Notes: generated from the sequence alone by a model not told the origin. A DNA stretch of 64,000 nucleotides from Alphaproteobacteria bacterium (GCA_964291285.2 OZ219787.1:384001-448000); one strand, 5' to 3'. Shown: positions 46,546 to 56,694, counted from the stretch's first letter. A program made the numbers and translations.

Positions 46546-47436
46546 CTAGCTGAACATCAGGGTCGAGAGGCGGCGGCGGATATCGACCGTGAGTTCGTGC
46601 ATCGGCCCCCACGCCTCGAAGAATTTGACGAGCTGGCTGCGGGCCGCGCCGTCGTTCCATTCGCGGTCGCGGCGGTAGAGTTCCAGCAACTCCTCCGCCG
46701 CTTCCTTGTGACGTCCGCCGCCGAACAGCGCCATCGCGAGGTCGAAGCGCGCCTGGTGGTCGTCCGGGTCGGCGTCCACCGCGCGGCGCAGATCCGCCGT
46801 GTCGCCCGCATCCGCGCTCTGCTCGGCGAGCTCCACTGCGCTCACGGCCGCGGCCACCGCCGGGTCCTGGCCGGCGCCGTCGGGCAGCCGGTCCAGCATG
46901 GCGCGGGCCTCGGCGACTTCCTCCACGGCGAGGAACACCTGGGCGAGGCCGGCAATGGCGGCGGCGTTTTCCGGCTCCTGCCTCAGCACTTCGTTGAGGA
47001 TCGCGCCGGCGGTCTGCGCGTCGCCGCCCTCCAGCGCCGCCCGGGCCTGCTCGACAGCGGCCTCGACGGCCGATTCGACCGGCCCGCCCACCAGCCGCTC
47101 GACGAAGGCCTTGACCTGGCTCTCCGGCAATGCGCCCATGAAGGCATCGACCGGGCGCCCCTGGTCGAAGGCATAGACGGCCGGGATCGACTGGATGCGC
47201 ATTTGCTGCGCGACCACCGGGCTCTTGTCGATATCGACCTTGACGAGGCTGACCTTGCCGCCGGCATTGGACACGACCTTCTCGAGCACCGGTCCCAATT
47301 GCTTGCAGGGGCCGCACCAGGGCGCCCAGAAATCGACGATCACCGGCGCCGTCATCGAGGCTTCGATGACATCGGCCATGAAGGTCTGGTCGGTGGCGTC
47401 CTTCACGACGCCGGGCGCGCTTGCCGCAATCTCCAT
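46546..47436 (-). CDS. cnoX: Thioredoxin-TPR chaperedoxin (CnoX/YbbN)
   Basis: VDFWAPWCGPCKQL followed by a TPR C-terminus ending RRRLSTLMFS. Confidence 0.88.
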   Translation of the reverse strand: MEIAASAPGVVKDATDQTFMADVIEASMTAPVIVDFWAPWCGPCKQLGPVLEKVVSNAGGKVSLVKVDIDKSPVVAQQMRIQSIPAVYAFDQGRPVDAFMGALPESQVKAFVERLVGGPVESAVEAAVEQARAALEGGDAQTAGAILNEVLRQEPENAAAIAGLAQVFLAVEEVAEARAMLDRLPDGAGQDPAVAAAVSAVELAEQSADAGDTADLRRAVDADPDDHQARFDLAMALFGGGRHKEAAEELLELYRRDREWNDGAARSQLVKFFEAWGPMHELTVDIRRRLSTLMFS

Positions 47437-47798
47437 CTCTCTACCCCGGTTCCGGGACGGCTTCCGCAACATGGCGGCAGAGCGGCCCGGCGGCAACCCC
47501 CGCGCTGGACGGGCGGGGAGCGGTTGCGTCCGGGCGGCGGGAAACTGCCCGACCGCGTGTCATGAGATGTCATGTTCGCGCATTCGAGACAATTAGTGGC
47601 TTTATTGCAATGGGTTAGGGTTGCAACTCTTCACATGTCTTCGCATGGGGATCAGATGTATTCAACCCCGCGCTCCCGCGTGTCCAATTGGCAAGCCGGC
47701 ACGGCGGCGGCGTCCGACCACGCCGGCGGCAGGCGAGGGGACCCGCAACGGCCTTCCCGGCGGTCAAGGTAACAGGGCCCGCGCTTTGTGCGTTGGGG

Positions 47799-48544
47799 TC
47801 ACTCCCCGGCCACGATGCGCGGCACATATTCGCGCCAGCCGCCGTCGGCAAGCGCCTGCGCCTTGGGTATCCAGCGCCGCACCTGCGAGCGCATCCAGCT
47901 TTCGGAGTACCAAACGGCCGCGACGTCCTCCTTGCTCCAGATATCCTCCGCGATCGCACGTGGCTTCTTGCCTGCTCCAAGTCCGGCCAGCACCGTCACG
48001 AGCCTGTCTATCTCCTGAACCCCGCCCCCCGACCGTTCGGAGGGGCCGGACGACCCGCCACGCTCCAGAAGTCGAGAAGGCGGCATACCGACAGCGGTAT
48101 CCGGAGCCCGAAGGTGTGCTTGACCGAGACCCTCCCGTCGTCGGGGAACCGCGGCACGTTTCCGAGACGGATCTGGACCGCCGCGCCGCCATATTCGATC
48201 TTGAGCACCAGATCGCCATTGAGCAGGCGCAGCCCCTCGACCGAGCCGCGGTCTCCGACCAGTCCGACCAGCAGCTCTGCGCCCGGATCCAGCAGGCCCT
48301 CCGGCATCCCGTCCTGGCGCCAGAAGGCCGAGGCGGGGCCGTCTGCCTTCCGGGGGTCTTCCCAGGCGAGCATCTCGAACCGCTCCGCCTCCAGATCGAC
48401 CTCCGTCTGAATGCGGATGCGGAAGGGTCCAGGCTCGGTTGCAACGGACACGCCGGCGGCGGCGTGCCGGTCCCAGGCTTCCCGGTATTCACCGACCTGC
48501 CTGAGAACCGTCCAGGCAAGGACGCCGTCCCCGGTCTCCGTCAC
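47799..48544 (-). pseudogene. DUF6499/DUF2285 (FseA-like) ICE transcription activator split by a frameshift at a G-tract (~48021-48031)
   Basis: ORF 48544-48008 (LAWTVLRQVGEYREAW...LAWEDP) and a -1 frame ORF ending 47799 (RAIAEDIW...W...WMRSQVRRWIPKAQALADGGWR, DUF2285-like HTH). Confidence 0.65.
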
Positions 48545-48789
48545 GGACGTCTCCCCTTGCCGGTCAGGCCGCCCGGTACGCCCGGAGACCGCGCAGCAGC
48601 GCCCACGTGCGCGTGTCGCCGTCCGTCACGGCCGAACCGTCGGACGCCGGCGCGGGAGTCCGCGCCGCGCGCCCCGGCCTTGCCCTTCGCCGGGCCGGGC
48701 CGCCCGGCCGCGCACCGCAGCCGGGACAGCGCCCGCGCCGGGACGGGATCCCCGGCCAAGGGACCGGACCCTGTCCCGGAGTCACTCCG

Positions 48790-51700
48790 CTACCAGCGGA
48801 TCAACGATCGCAGCATCACGCCGTGATCGACGGACCCGTTATCGTTGGCGGCCTCGCGGCGCGTGGCGTCGAGACTGACCTCGAAGCCGGGGTCACCGCG
48901 CACCGCCGAGGTCAGCCGCCAGCCCATGCGGTACTCGCGCGCCGTCTCCGACATCCCGAGCCCGACGTTCGGCGTGCCGGTAAAGCCGCCGCCGAACAAG
49001 GCCATGCCGTAGCCGACCTCGGCGTCGAACCGGCTCGACGGCTCCGCGTCGCCGTTCGCCGTCAGCCCCGACGACGCGGGCAGCGCCCACAGCCGCTGCG
49101 AGCCCGCCGGGTCCACGCCCCAGGACGGCGTGAGCGACATCGACAGGCCACGCCCAGCGCCGCCCGGCACGAGTCGGAGCTGCCCCGACACGCCCCATTC
49201 GTCGTAGCCGTCTTGCGCATGCACCGCGAGGCCGTGCACCTTCAACGCCATGTCGAGGCCCCGCGACGGATCCGCGTAGCCGAGGCCGGCCCCGACCTCC
49301 AGGCCCGTCCCCGTCTCCGCGTCGCCCGCGTCATGGCGCACGCCCAGCTCGACCGAAGGCGTCAGCGCCGCGCCGCTCGCGAACGAGAAGGTGCGCGAGC
49401 CGTCGAGCATCGCCCGCACCCGGCTCGACTCGCCCCGCGCGCCCATCAGGCTGCCGAACTCCGAGGCCGTCACCCGGTCGGACTCCGTGCGCACCCAGAA
49501 CGCGTCCGCCTTCAGCGCCAGCGCGAACCCGCCGGGCTCGGCGGGCGTGAGCAGATCGCCCCGCACCCCCGTCGCCGCGAGCGTCATCGAGAGGTCCGTG
49601 CGGTAGCTCTGCGGCACCGCGCCGTGAAGGTCGAGGCTGAGGCGCCCCGAGCCCGTGCCCGCGAGCCCCCACACCGACACCCGGTCCGAGAGCGCGAGAC
49701 GCGCATAGGGCATCGCCATCGTCGCCGTGCTGCCGAGCGCGTAGCGCCAGCCCGCATCGCTCGCCGTGCCTTCGCCGACGCTGTGCGTCATCGCGAAGCC
49801 CATCAGCAGCCGGCCCCGCTCGTAGTCCATGCCCATCGAGCCCGTCGCCGCCTCGCCGGTGAGGCCCAGCCCCGGCACCGCCGCCGAGAACCGCGACACC
49901 GACGCGCCCTGGCCCCAGCTCGTCCACTGCGACCCGGCGCCCTGGCCGAGCACCGCCCGGAACGACGCGCCCAGCAGCAGCTCGCGCGCCGTCACCCGGC
50001 GTGCGCCGCTGACGGTGGCGGGATCGTTCCAGCCGCTGGTCAGGCCGTGCCGCACGAACGGGTCATCGTGGTCTGCCGCCGGCGCGGAAGGCGCGCCGAA
50101 GGTCTGCGCGAACCCCGTCAGCACCGTCGCCAGCGCCTCGCCGCCCTCGGCCTCGCCGAAGTTCATGCGCTGCCCCGCGACCGTCACGTGCGAGCCGGCG
50201 TCGCGCGGCGTCTCCAGCCGCGCCGTCACCGACGCGACCGCGTCCGAGGCCACCATGCGCCCGAAGCGCGCCAGCCACATCGCCTGCAGCGGGTCGGAAT
50301 TGCGGATCACGCCCTGCGTCTCGCGCTCCCCGGCCGCGAGCGTCGCGCCCTGCGGGTTCGAGAACCGCAGCAGGAAGTACTCCATCCCCTCGTCGATCGC
50401 GTCGTCGAGGATCGGTACCGAGACCGTCTTCCGCGTCTCGCCCGCCGCGAAGGTGAGCGTGCCCGAGGTCGCGGTGTAGTCCGCGCCCGACCGCGCCGGC
50501 GCCGCCCCCGCCCAGGCGTGGCTGGCGTCCGCGGTCGCGTAGTCCACCGTCACCGTCCCTGTGGCAGCTCGGCTCAGGCGTACCTGGAAGACCACCGCAG
50601 CGTCGGTCCCCTCCCGGGCGATGCCCCGCTTGGTCGCGATGTCCGGATTGTCCTCGTCGTTGTCGGCCACCGCCACCGTCGCGCGCGCCGCTGCGCCCAC
50701 CGTGTAGCCGGTGCCGCTCGCGACCGTCGCCACGATGCCGCCGTCCGCCTCGTCCGCGCCGTCGTTCACAGTCGCGACCGAGAAGGATGCCGATGCCGTC
50801 CCGGCCGGGATGGTCACCGTGCGCGTACCCAGCGCGGAGGCGTGCGCGAAGGCGCCCTGCTGGGCGACCGACACGGTGACCGCAAGGTCCGCCGCCGGTG
50901 CGGGCGAGGCCGTCAGCGTGAAGCCCGCCGACGCGCCTTCCGTCACCGGAGCGTTGCCCGCCACTGTGACTACCGGGGTTGACGTGCCGCCGCCCTCGAT
51001 CCCGCGCAGTGCCGCCGCTACCTCCACCCAGCGCGTCCAGCCCCGGTCCGCATAGCCCTGCGCCTCCGCCGCAGTCATCGGCTGGAGCGAGGAGTCGGAG
51101 ACGGACTGGCCGAGCACGAGCAGCACCCGGTCCCAGCGGTCCGTGTGCGCCTTGTTCGAACTGTAGCGCGGATCGTCGCGCCACCCCTGGACCTTCACGA
51201 TCAGCGTACCGTACTTCGCGGGCACCGTCACCACCGGGGTCGATGTGCCGCTGCCTTGCTGCGGGTCGTCGTCGCTGATCGTCACCTGCACCGAGGACGC
51301 CGTGCCCGCGGTCAGGCCCGAGGACAGGGTGCCAAGCGCCACCGTGAACGTCTCGTCGTCCCCGTCGGTGTCATCGCTCGTCGTAATCGTGCCCGAGGTC
51401 GACGTGCCGCCGGCGGGAATCGCGAGCGACGACAGGGTCCCGTGGTCCCCGTCCTCCGACGTGCCCCCGGTCACGGTCAGCGGAATCGTTACATCCTCCG
51501 ACAGCGCCTTCGCCAGCGTCGCCGTCACCGTGACCGACGATCCCTCGCCCACCGGGTTGGGAGTGGCCGAGAGCGTGACGGCGACCGCCGCCTCGCGCGT
51601 CACCGTCACCGTGTAGGTGCGCTTGTAACGCGCGTCCGGGGCCGTCACCACCACCGTGATCGTGTTCTCCCCCACGGCCAGCTGAACCGGCGTCGCCGGG

Positions 51701-51924
51701 TCGCCGCCGTTCACCGTCACCCGCGCCTTCGGGTTCTCGGGGCTCGCGGTCACCGTGACCTCGGTCACGTCGTGGGCCACCGTCGCGCTGTAGGTCTCGC
51801 GCTCCGGGTCGAACGCCTCGTTCAGGCTCACCTGCCCGCTTGTCGTGGCCCCGGCGCCCGTCGCGCCGGCCGCCATGCACAATGCCGCCGACAGCAGCAC
51901 CGCAATCCGTGCAATCCTCTTCAT
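48790..51924 (-). CDS. Large adhesin: cadherin-like beta-sandwich, Calx-beta repeats and autotransporter-like beta-barrel
   Basis: Signal peptide, YSATVAHDVTEVTVTA...LAVGENTITVVVTAPD...TYTVTVTR, DYTATSGTLTFAAGETRKTVSVPILDD, and a barrel ending in W. Confidence 0.88.
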   Translation of the reverse strand: MKRIARIAVLLSAALCMAAGATGAGATTSGQVSLNEAFDPERETYSATVAHDVTEVTVTASPENPKARVTVNGGDPATPVQLAVGENTITVVVTAPDARYKRTYTVTVTREAAVAVTLSATPNPVGEGSSVTVTATLAKALSEDVTIPLTVTGGTSEDGDHGTLSSLAIPAGGTSTSGTITTSDDTDGDDETFTVALGTLSSGLTAGTASSVQVTISDDDPQQGSGTSTPVVTVPAKYGTLIVKVQGWRDDPRYSSNKAHTDRWDRVLLVLGQSVSDSSLQPMTAAEAQGYADRGWTRWVEVAAALRGIEGGGTSTPVVTVAGNAPVTEGASAGFTLTASPAPAADLAVTVSVAQQGAFAHASALGTRTVTIPAGTASASFSVATVNDGADEADGGIVATVASGTGYTVGAAARATVAVADNDEDNPDIATKRGIAREGTDAAVVFQVRLSRAATGTVTVDYATADASHAWAGAAPARSGADYTATSGTLTFAAGETRKTVSVPILDDAIDEGMEYFLLRFSNPQGATLAAGERETQGVIRNSDPLQAMWLARFGRMVASDAVASVTARLETPRDAGSHVTVAGQRMNFGEAEGGEALATVLTGFAQTFGAPSAPAADHDDPFVRHGLTSGWNDPATVSGARRVTARELLLGASFRAVLGQGAGSQWTSWGQGASVSRFSAAVPGLGLTGEAATGSMGMDYERGRLLMGFAMTHSVGEGTASDAGWRYALGSTATMAMPYARLALSDRVSVWGLAGTGSGRLSLDLHGAVPQSYRTDLSMTLAATGVRGDLLTPAEPGGFALALKADAFWVRTESDRVTASEFGSLMGARGESSRVRAMLDGSRTFSFASGAALTPSVELGVRHDAGDAETGTGLEVGAGLGYADPSRGLDMALKVHGLAVHAQDGYDEWGVSGQLRLVPGGAGRGLSMSLTPSWGVDPAGSQRLWALPASSGLTANGDAEPSSRFDAEVGYGMALFGGGFTGTPNVGLGMSETAREYRMGWRLTSAVRGDPGFEVSLDATRREAANDNGSVDHGVMLRSLIRW

Positions 51925-51936
51925 CGGACAGATCCC

Positions 51937-52980
51937 CTAATTTCCGGTATTCATTTGAAGATCGCGCAGCCGGGGGTTCGCGTTGTCGACGATCGTGACC
52001 GTGACCACGGACGATGGGCCCGACACCACGTCGCGAGCCACCGTGGGGTTAAACTCCCCGGGGACCGTGACCATGGACCATGTGCCCACCGCCACGCCCG
52101 ACGGCAGGTTCGCCGTGTCCACCGCCACCGTGAACCGCTCGTCGTCGGGGTCGTCGTCCGGGTACGTTTTGATCGTGCCCGACCCGCTCGTCGAGCCGGC
52201 GTTGATCCTAATGCCCCTGAGGAACCCGCGGTCGCCCGCCTCCGACGTGTCCCACGTCACCACGAGCGGGATCTCCACGGCGTTCGCCAGCGGCTTCGTC
52301 AGAGTCACCTGCAACTGCACCGGCGAACCCTCGGCCACCGTGTTGCGCACCGCCCGCAGCGACACCACCGGGCGGGGGCGGAGGTCCTTGATCGTCACCT
52401 CGACCGAGGTCGTGGCGCCCGCCGTCAACCCCGACGGCAGCGCGCCCAGCGCCACCGTGAAGGTCTCGTTGTCCCCGTCGCTGTCCTGGTGCGTCGGCAA
52501 GGCGACCACGCCGCAGCTGCGCTGAATGGAGCCGTCGATGGGGATGGAGTACCCCGTGCGGATCGGCAGGCGGCCGTTCGTGTGGCCCGATAGCGAGATC
52601 CCCCAGTCGCCGTTCTCCGAGGTGCCGTGGCTCACCACTACCGGAATGCGCACCGTGCCCGTTGGCACCACCGCCCGCAACCCGCTTCCGTCCTTCAGGC
52701 AGGCCGTCACGCCCAACCACTTGCCCTCCGTCACCGGGTTGGGGGAGGCGGAGAGGGTGACGGTCTGCGCCTCCGCTGGCGTGGCCGTGAAAGGCGAGAG
52801 CGCACCGAGCAGCAGTGCGAGAGCGGGAAGGAGGCGGAGTAGGCGGACGCGGGAGCGCCCGGGACGAGGGTCAGGCCGGGCGGGGGCCCGCGGAACCGCC
52901 CTGGCTGACGCCGGGGAACGCGAACGGGTGGAAGAGGCCGATCCGGGCGCGCCCGACTCCTTGCGCGGAGAATCCGCCAT
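51937..52980 (-). CDS. Secreted Calx-beta-like adhesin tip protein without a membrane anchor
   Basis: Extended leader and signal peptide (LLPALALLLGAL...AEAQ), then two Calx-beta-like domains related to those of the downstream gene. Alternative GTG start at 53037. Confidence 0.78.
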   Translation of the reverse strand: MADSPRKESGAPGSASSTRSRSPASARAVPRAPARPDPRPGRSRVRLLRLLPALALLLGALSPFTATPAEAQTVTLSASPNPVTEGKWLGVTACLKDGSGLRAVVPTGTVRIPVVVSHGTSENGDWGISLSGHTNGRLPIRTGYSIPIDGSIQRSCGVVALPTHQDSDGDNETFTVALGALPSGLTAGATTSVEVTIKDLRPRPVVSLRAVRNTVAEGSPVQLQVTLTKPLANAVEIPLVVTWDTSEAGDRGFLRGIRINAGSTSGSGTIKTYPDDDPDDERFTVAVDTANLPSGVAVGTWSMVTVPGEFNPTVARDVVSGPSSVVTVTIVDNANPRLRDLQMNTGN

Positions 52981-53045
52981 GACGCCGAACAGGGGCTTGT
53001 CGGTACATTCAGTAAGGCCGAACACGTTCGCCTCCACTTTCCGCC

Positions 53046-53079
53046 ATTACGCGCGATAACTGTCGCTATCGCGCGTAAT
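53046..53079 (+). other. lox-like recombination site L (13-8-13)
   Basis: ATTACGCGCGATA-ACTGTCGC-TATCGCGCGTAAT with perfect 13-bp inverted arms, 38 bp upstream of the Cre-like gene. Confidence 0.85.
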
Positions 53080-53117
53080 CCGGGGCTCCTGTGTGCGGAC
53101 GGTTTGGAGGCCCCTGA

Positions 53118-54101
53118 ATGTTCCTTGAACCCCCGTTCAACACTTCGGAGGAGCCGGCGGCGGGCCGGGAACCCGCGCTGGAGGAGCAGCTCGAGCACTT
53201 TGTCCGGGCGGCCCGCGGCGCGTTCAGCGGCAGCACCGAGCGGGCCTTGAGGTCCGATCTCGCCATCTACGCCGAGTGGTGCGGGGAGTGCGGGGAACGG
53301 GCGCTGCCGGCCACGCCCGAGACGATCGCCGCCTTCGTCGACGCAAAGGCGGAACTGCGCGCGCCCGCCACGGTGCGCCGCTACGTCACCAGCATCGGCA
53401 TTGCCCACCGGGCGCTGGGGCTGGAGAAGACGGTGAAGAGCGCGCCGGTGCGGCTGGCGCTCAAGCGCATGCACCGGAAGAAGGGACGTCGCCAGGACCA
53501 GGCGACGGGACTGACCTGGCCGCTGCGCCAGCGCCTGCTGGAAGCGGCGGGGGACAGATTGCTCGACGACCGCAACCGCGCGCTGCTCGCCGTCGCCTAC
53601 GACGCGATGCTGCGCCGGGCGGAGCTGGTTGCACTGCAAGTCCCTGACTTGCTTGGGGAAGTGCGGGGCGAGGGCAGCCTGCTGGTGCGCCGCTCCAAGA
53701 CCGATTGCGAAGGCCGGGGCGAGATCGTCTGGGTCGGGCGGGACACCGTCCGGCTGGTCCGGGCGTGGCTCGACTGCGCCGGAATATCCGACGGCATGCT
53801 GTTTCGCGCGGTCCGCAAGGGCGGTCGGGTCGGGGGGCGGCTGAATCCCTGCGAGGTGTCGCGCATCCTCAAGGCGATGGCGCGCGAGGCCGGCCTGCCG
53901 GAGACGGTTGTGGCGGGCCTGTCGGGCCACAGCACCCGGGTTGGCGCGGCCCAGGACATGGTCGCGGCCGGCATCGAGCTGCCGGCGATCCTGCACGCCG
54001 GCCGGTGGAAATCCACGGCCATGGTCAACCGCTACGGCGAGCGGCTGCTCGCGAAGCGCAGCGGGGCGGCCCAGCTCGCCCGGATGCAGGGAAGGGGCTG
54101 A
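53118..54101 (+). CDS. Cre-type tyrosine recombinase
   Basis: SAM-like N-domain without an arm-binding domain. Catalytic R (MLRR), K (SKTD), HSTR, W (GRW, Cre-like) and Y (MVNRY). Confidence 0.92.
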   Translation: MFLEPPFNTSEEPAAGREPALEEQLEHFVRAARGAFSGSTERALRSDLAIYAEWCGECGERALPATPETIAAFVDAKAELRAPATVRRYVTSIGIAHRALGLEKTVKSAPVRLALKRMHRKKGRRQDQATGLTWPLRQRLLEAAGDRLLDDRNRALLAVAYDAMLRRAELVALQVPDLLGEVRGEGSLLVRRSKTDCEGRGEIVWVGRDTVRLVRAWLDCAGISDGMLFRAVRKGGRVGGRLNPCEVSRILKAMAREAGLPETVVAGLSGHSTRVGAAQDMVAAGIELPAILHAGRWKSTAMVNRYGERLLAKRSGAAQLARMQGRG

Positions 54102-54410
54102 GACACGCCGGGGGGTGTACGGAAACGGCCGCCGGGCTATGATGCTCCGGCGGCCGGAACGTGCCGCAATGGCGGATCGGCGGGCAGAATCGGGTCCGCG
54201 AACGCCCGGCAGTTCCAGATCCGGAAAATGCTATCGCGCACAAAAACCGGCGGGTCCGGCGGCCCCGGCAGCCTGCCGACATGTCCCGGACAGGGCCAGA
54301 AAATCCCCGAATAATCGCTGTAATTCAACGGGTTGTCGTCCGAGGGAAGCGGGGTGTCGTGTCCTGCCGCGGATCGGGCGAAGCGCCGGGTACGAAAGCC
54401 GGTTGACAAT

Positions 54411-54444
54411 TTTATGCGCGATAGCGACAGCTATCGCGCATAAA
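54411..54444 (-). other. lox-like recombination site R (13-8-13), inverted relative to site L
   Basis: TTTATGCGCGATA-GCGACAGC-TATCGCGCATAAA. The reverse-complement spacer GCTGTCGC matches the site L spacer at 7 of 8 positions. Confidence 0.85.
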
Positions 54445-55242
54445 ACGGCGCGGCGGAATCCGACCTTGCGCCACCCCCGGGACGGCGCAAGTTATTGTCT
54501 TCGCGTCACTTTCAGGTTCCGAACGCTCGCTCTGCTGCCTGATCGGCGTCGTCCACGCGCCACAGGCTGATATCACGCCGGGAACAGGGGCGCCTGCGGT
54601 GCTTCGGAAACGAAAACGCTGCGCACGGCTGCCCGTGCGCGGCGCTGCTGTCGAGGCCGGGGCTGTGCTCCGGAACCCGCTACCCGGGTCCGGCGGGGGC
54701 GGACCGCAGAACCGGGCGCGGCGTTCCGTTTTTCGGCTGCCTGGGCTTCGTGCGCACATCTCCCGACTATTCCCTGTCTCCGCAGGCGCGCGTCCGCGGA
54801 GGATGCGCTTCAGGTGTCAGGTGGGAACGCGGTAGCTTGCATCCAGTTGCATTTTTCAATGCGATCCATTGGCGATGCTTATCCGCGAGTGCCGCAGCGA
54901 AGCCGGACCGGACTTCGCGTTCTCCCTTCTCCGCTCCCCCTTGTTAGCGAACCCGGGTCCGCATGGATAATGCCGGTCGCCAGAACATTCATGCGCACGC
55001 GGCATGCCGCGAGGCCGGAGTGTATGGCGCCGCCACGGATCGCGCGTCCCCAATCTGGGGGAGACTCCGGAAGAATTTGCGCGGCGTTTCGGCGAATTGC
55101 ACGAAGACGCATGCCCCCGGCGCCGCCTCGCGGCCTCCACTTTGCCGAGGCCCCGGCCCAGCACCCGCAGTAGATGCCGGGCAAGGCATGTCCGGAAACT
55201 CCATACCGCGTGTCAGGAAACGCACCGCCCACTTCGCTATGA

Positions 55243-56694
55243 GGTCGTGTCCCCAGGGGTGGTGTAGGAGCTGAAGCTTCCGGTGGTAGCTGTGGGTAAG
55301 TGGCCCGCCGCCGCGACCGTCTGGAGTCAGGCGGCGGCGGGCCACTTACCCACAGCGGAGGCCATCGCGGTGCCGGTTAGGGTTGGGCTGTCACAGTCCA
55401 CCTGACCGGAGGAGTACCACGATGACCACCACCGACATGATGACCCTGCGGGCGCTGTTGGAGAAGAGTTCCGACGCCGACCTGCTTCGCGAGATGATCG
55501 GGTTCACGGCCGCGCGTCTGATGGCGCTTGAGGTTGAGGGCCTTGCGGGCGCCGCGCACGGCGAGCGCTCGCCGGACCGGATCACGCAGCGCAACGGCTA
55601 CCGGGACCGGGTCTGGGAGACGCGGGCCGGCACGGTCGAACTGAAGATCCCGAAGCTGCGCAAGGGGAGCTACTTCCCGGGCTTCCTTGAACCGCGGCGG
55701 ATGGCGGAGAAGGCGCTGACGGCGGTGATCCAGGAGGCCTACATCAAGGGCGTATCGACCCGCTCGGTGGACGACCTGGTGCAGGCGATGGGCATGTCGG
55801 GCATCTCCAAGAGCCAGGTGTCGCGGCTGTGCGGCGAGATCGACGACAAGATCCGCGACTTCCTCGACCGGCCGCTGGAGGGCGACTGGCCGTATCTCTG
55901 GCTTGACGCGACCTATGTGAAGATGCGCGAGGCCGGGCGCGTCGTCTCGGTCGCGGTCACCATCGCGGTGGCGGTCAACGATCAGGGCCGGCGCGAGGTG
56001 CTCGGCATGGCGATCGGCGCGTCCGAGGCCGAGACCTTCTGGACCGACTTCCTGCGCTCGCTCGCCCGCCGCGGCCTGCGCGGCGTCAAGCTGGTGATCT
56101 CCGACGACCACAAGGGCCTGAAGGCCGCCGCCACCCGCATCTTCGGCGCCACCTGGCAGAGATGCCGCGTCCACTTCATGCGCAACCTGCTCGCCCATGC
56201 CGGCAAGCAGGGCCGGCGCGTCGTCTCCGCCTTCGTCACTACCGCCTTCGCCCAGGAGGATGCAGACAGCGCCTCCGCCCAGTGGCGCCAGGTCGCCGAC
56301 CAGCTCAGGCCCAAGGCGCCAAAGCTCGCCGCCATCATGGACGAGGCCGAGCACGATGTTCTCGCCTACATGACCTTCCCGGCCGCGCACCGCGCCAAGC
56401 TGCACTCGACAAACCCGCTCGAACGCCTCCACGGCGAGATCAAGCGGCGCACAAACACCGTCGGCATCTTCCCCAACGAGGACGCCATCACCCGGCTGAT
56501 CGGCGCAATCCTGCTCGAGCAGAACGATGAATGGGCAGTCCAGAGAGCCAGATACATGACGCTGGAATCCATCGCTCCCGTGAGCGACAATACAACCGTC
56601 AAGTTGCCCGCCGTGGCAGCCTGAGCGTTCCGGCCCTACCCGCCGGACACCGCTACGGACGCCAGGCTCTTACACCACCCGCGGGGGCACGATC
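55243..56694 (+). mobile_element. IS256-family element, copy 1 (1452 bp)
   Basis: Terminal repeats GGTCGTGTCCCC and GGGGGCACGATC, with 8-bp target duplication CGCTATGA. Confidence 0.95.
55422..56624 (+). CDS. IS256-family transposase
   Basis: [41 protein letters not shown]. Confidence 0.95.
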   Translation: MTTTDMMTLRALLEKSSDADLLREMIGFTAARLMALEVEGLAGAAHGERSPDRITQRNGYRDRVWETRAGTVELKIPKLRKGSYFPGFLEPRRMAEKALTAVIQEAYIKGVSTRSVDDLVQAMGMSGISKSQVSRLCGEIDDKIRDFLDRPLEGDWPYLWLDATYVKMREAGRVVSVAVTIAVAVNDQGRREVLGMAIGASEAETFWTDFLRSLARRGLRGVKLVISDDHKGLKAAATRIFGATWQRCRVHFMRNLLAHAGKQGRRVVSAFVTTAFAQEDADSASAQWRQVADQLRPKAPKLAAIMDEAEHDVLAYMTFPAAHRAKLHSTNPLERLHGEIKRRTNTVGIFPNEDAITRLIGAILLEQNDEWAVQRARYMTLESIAPVSDNTTVKLPAVAA

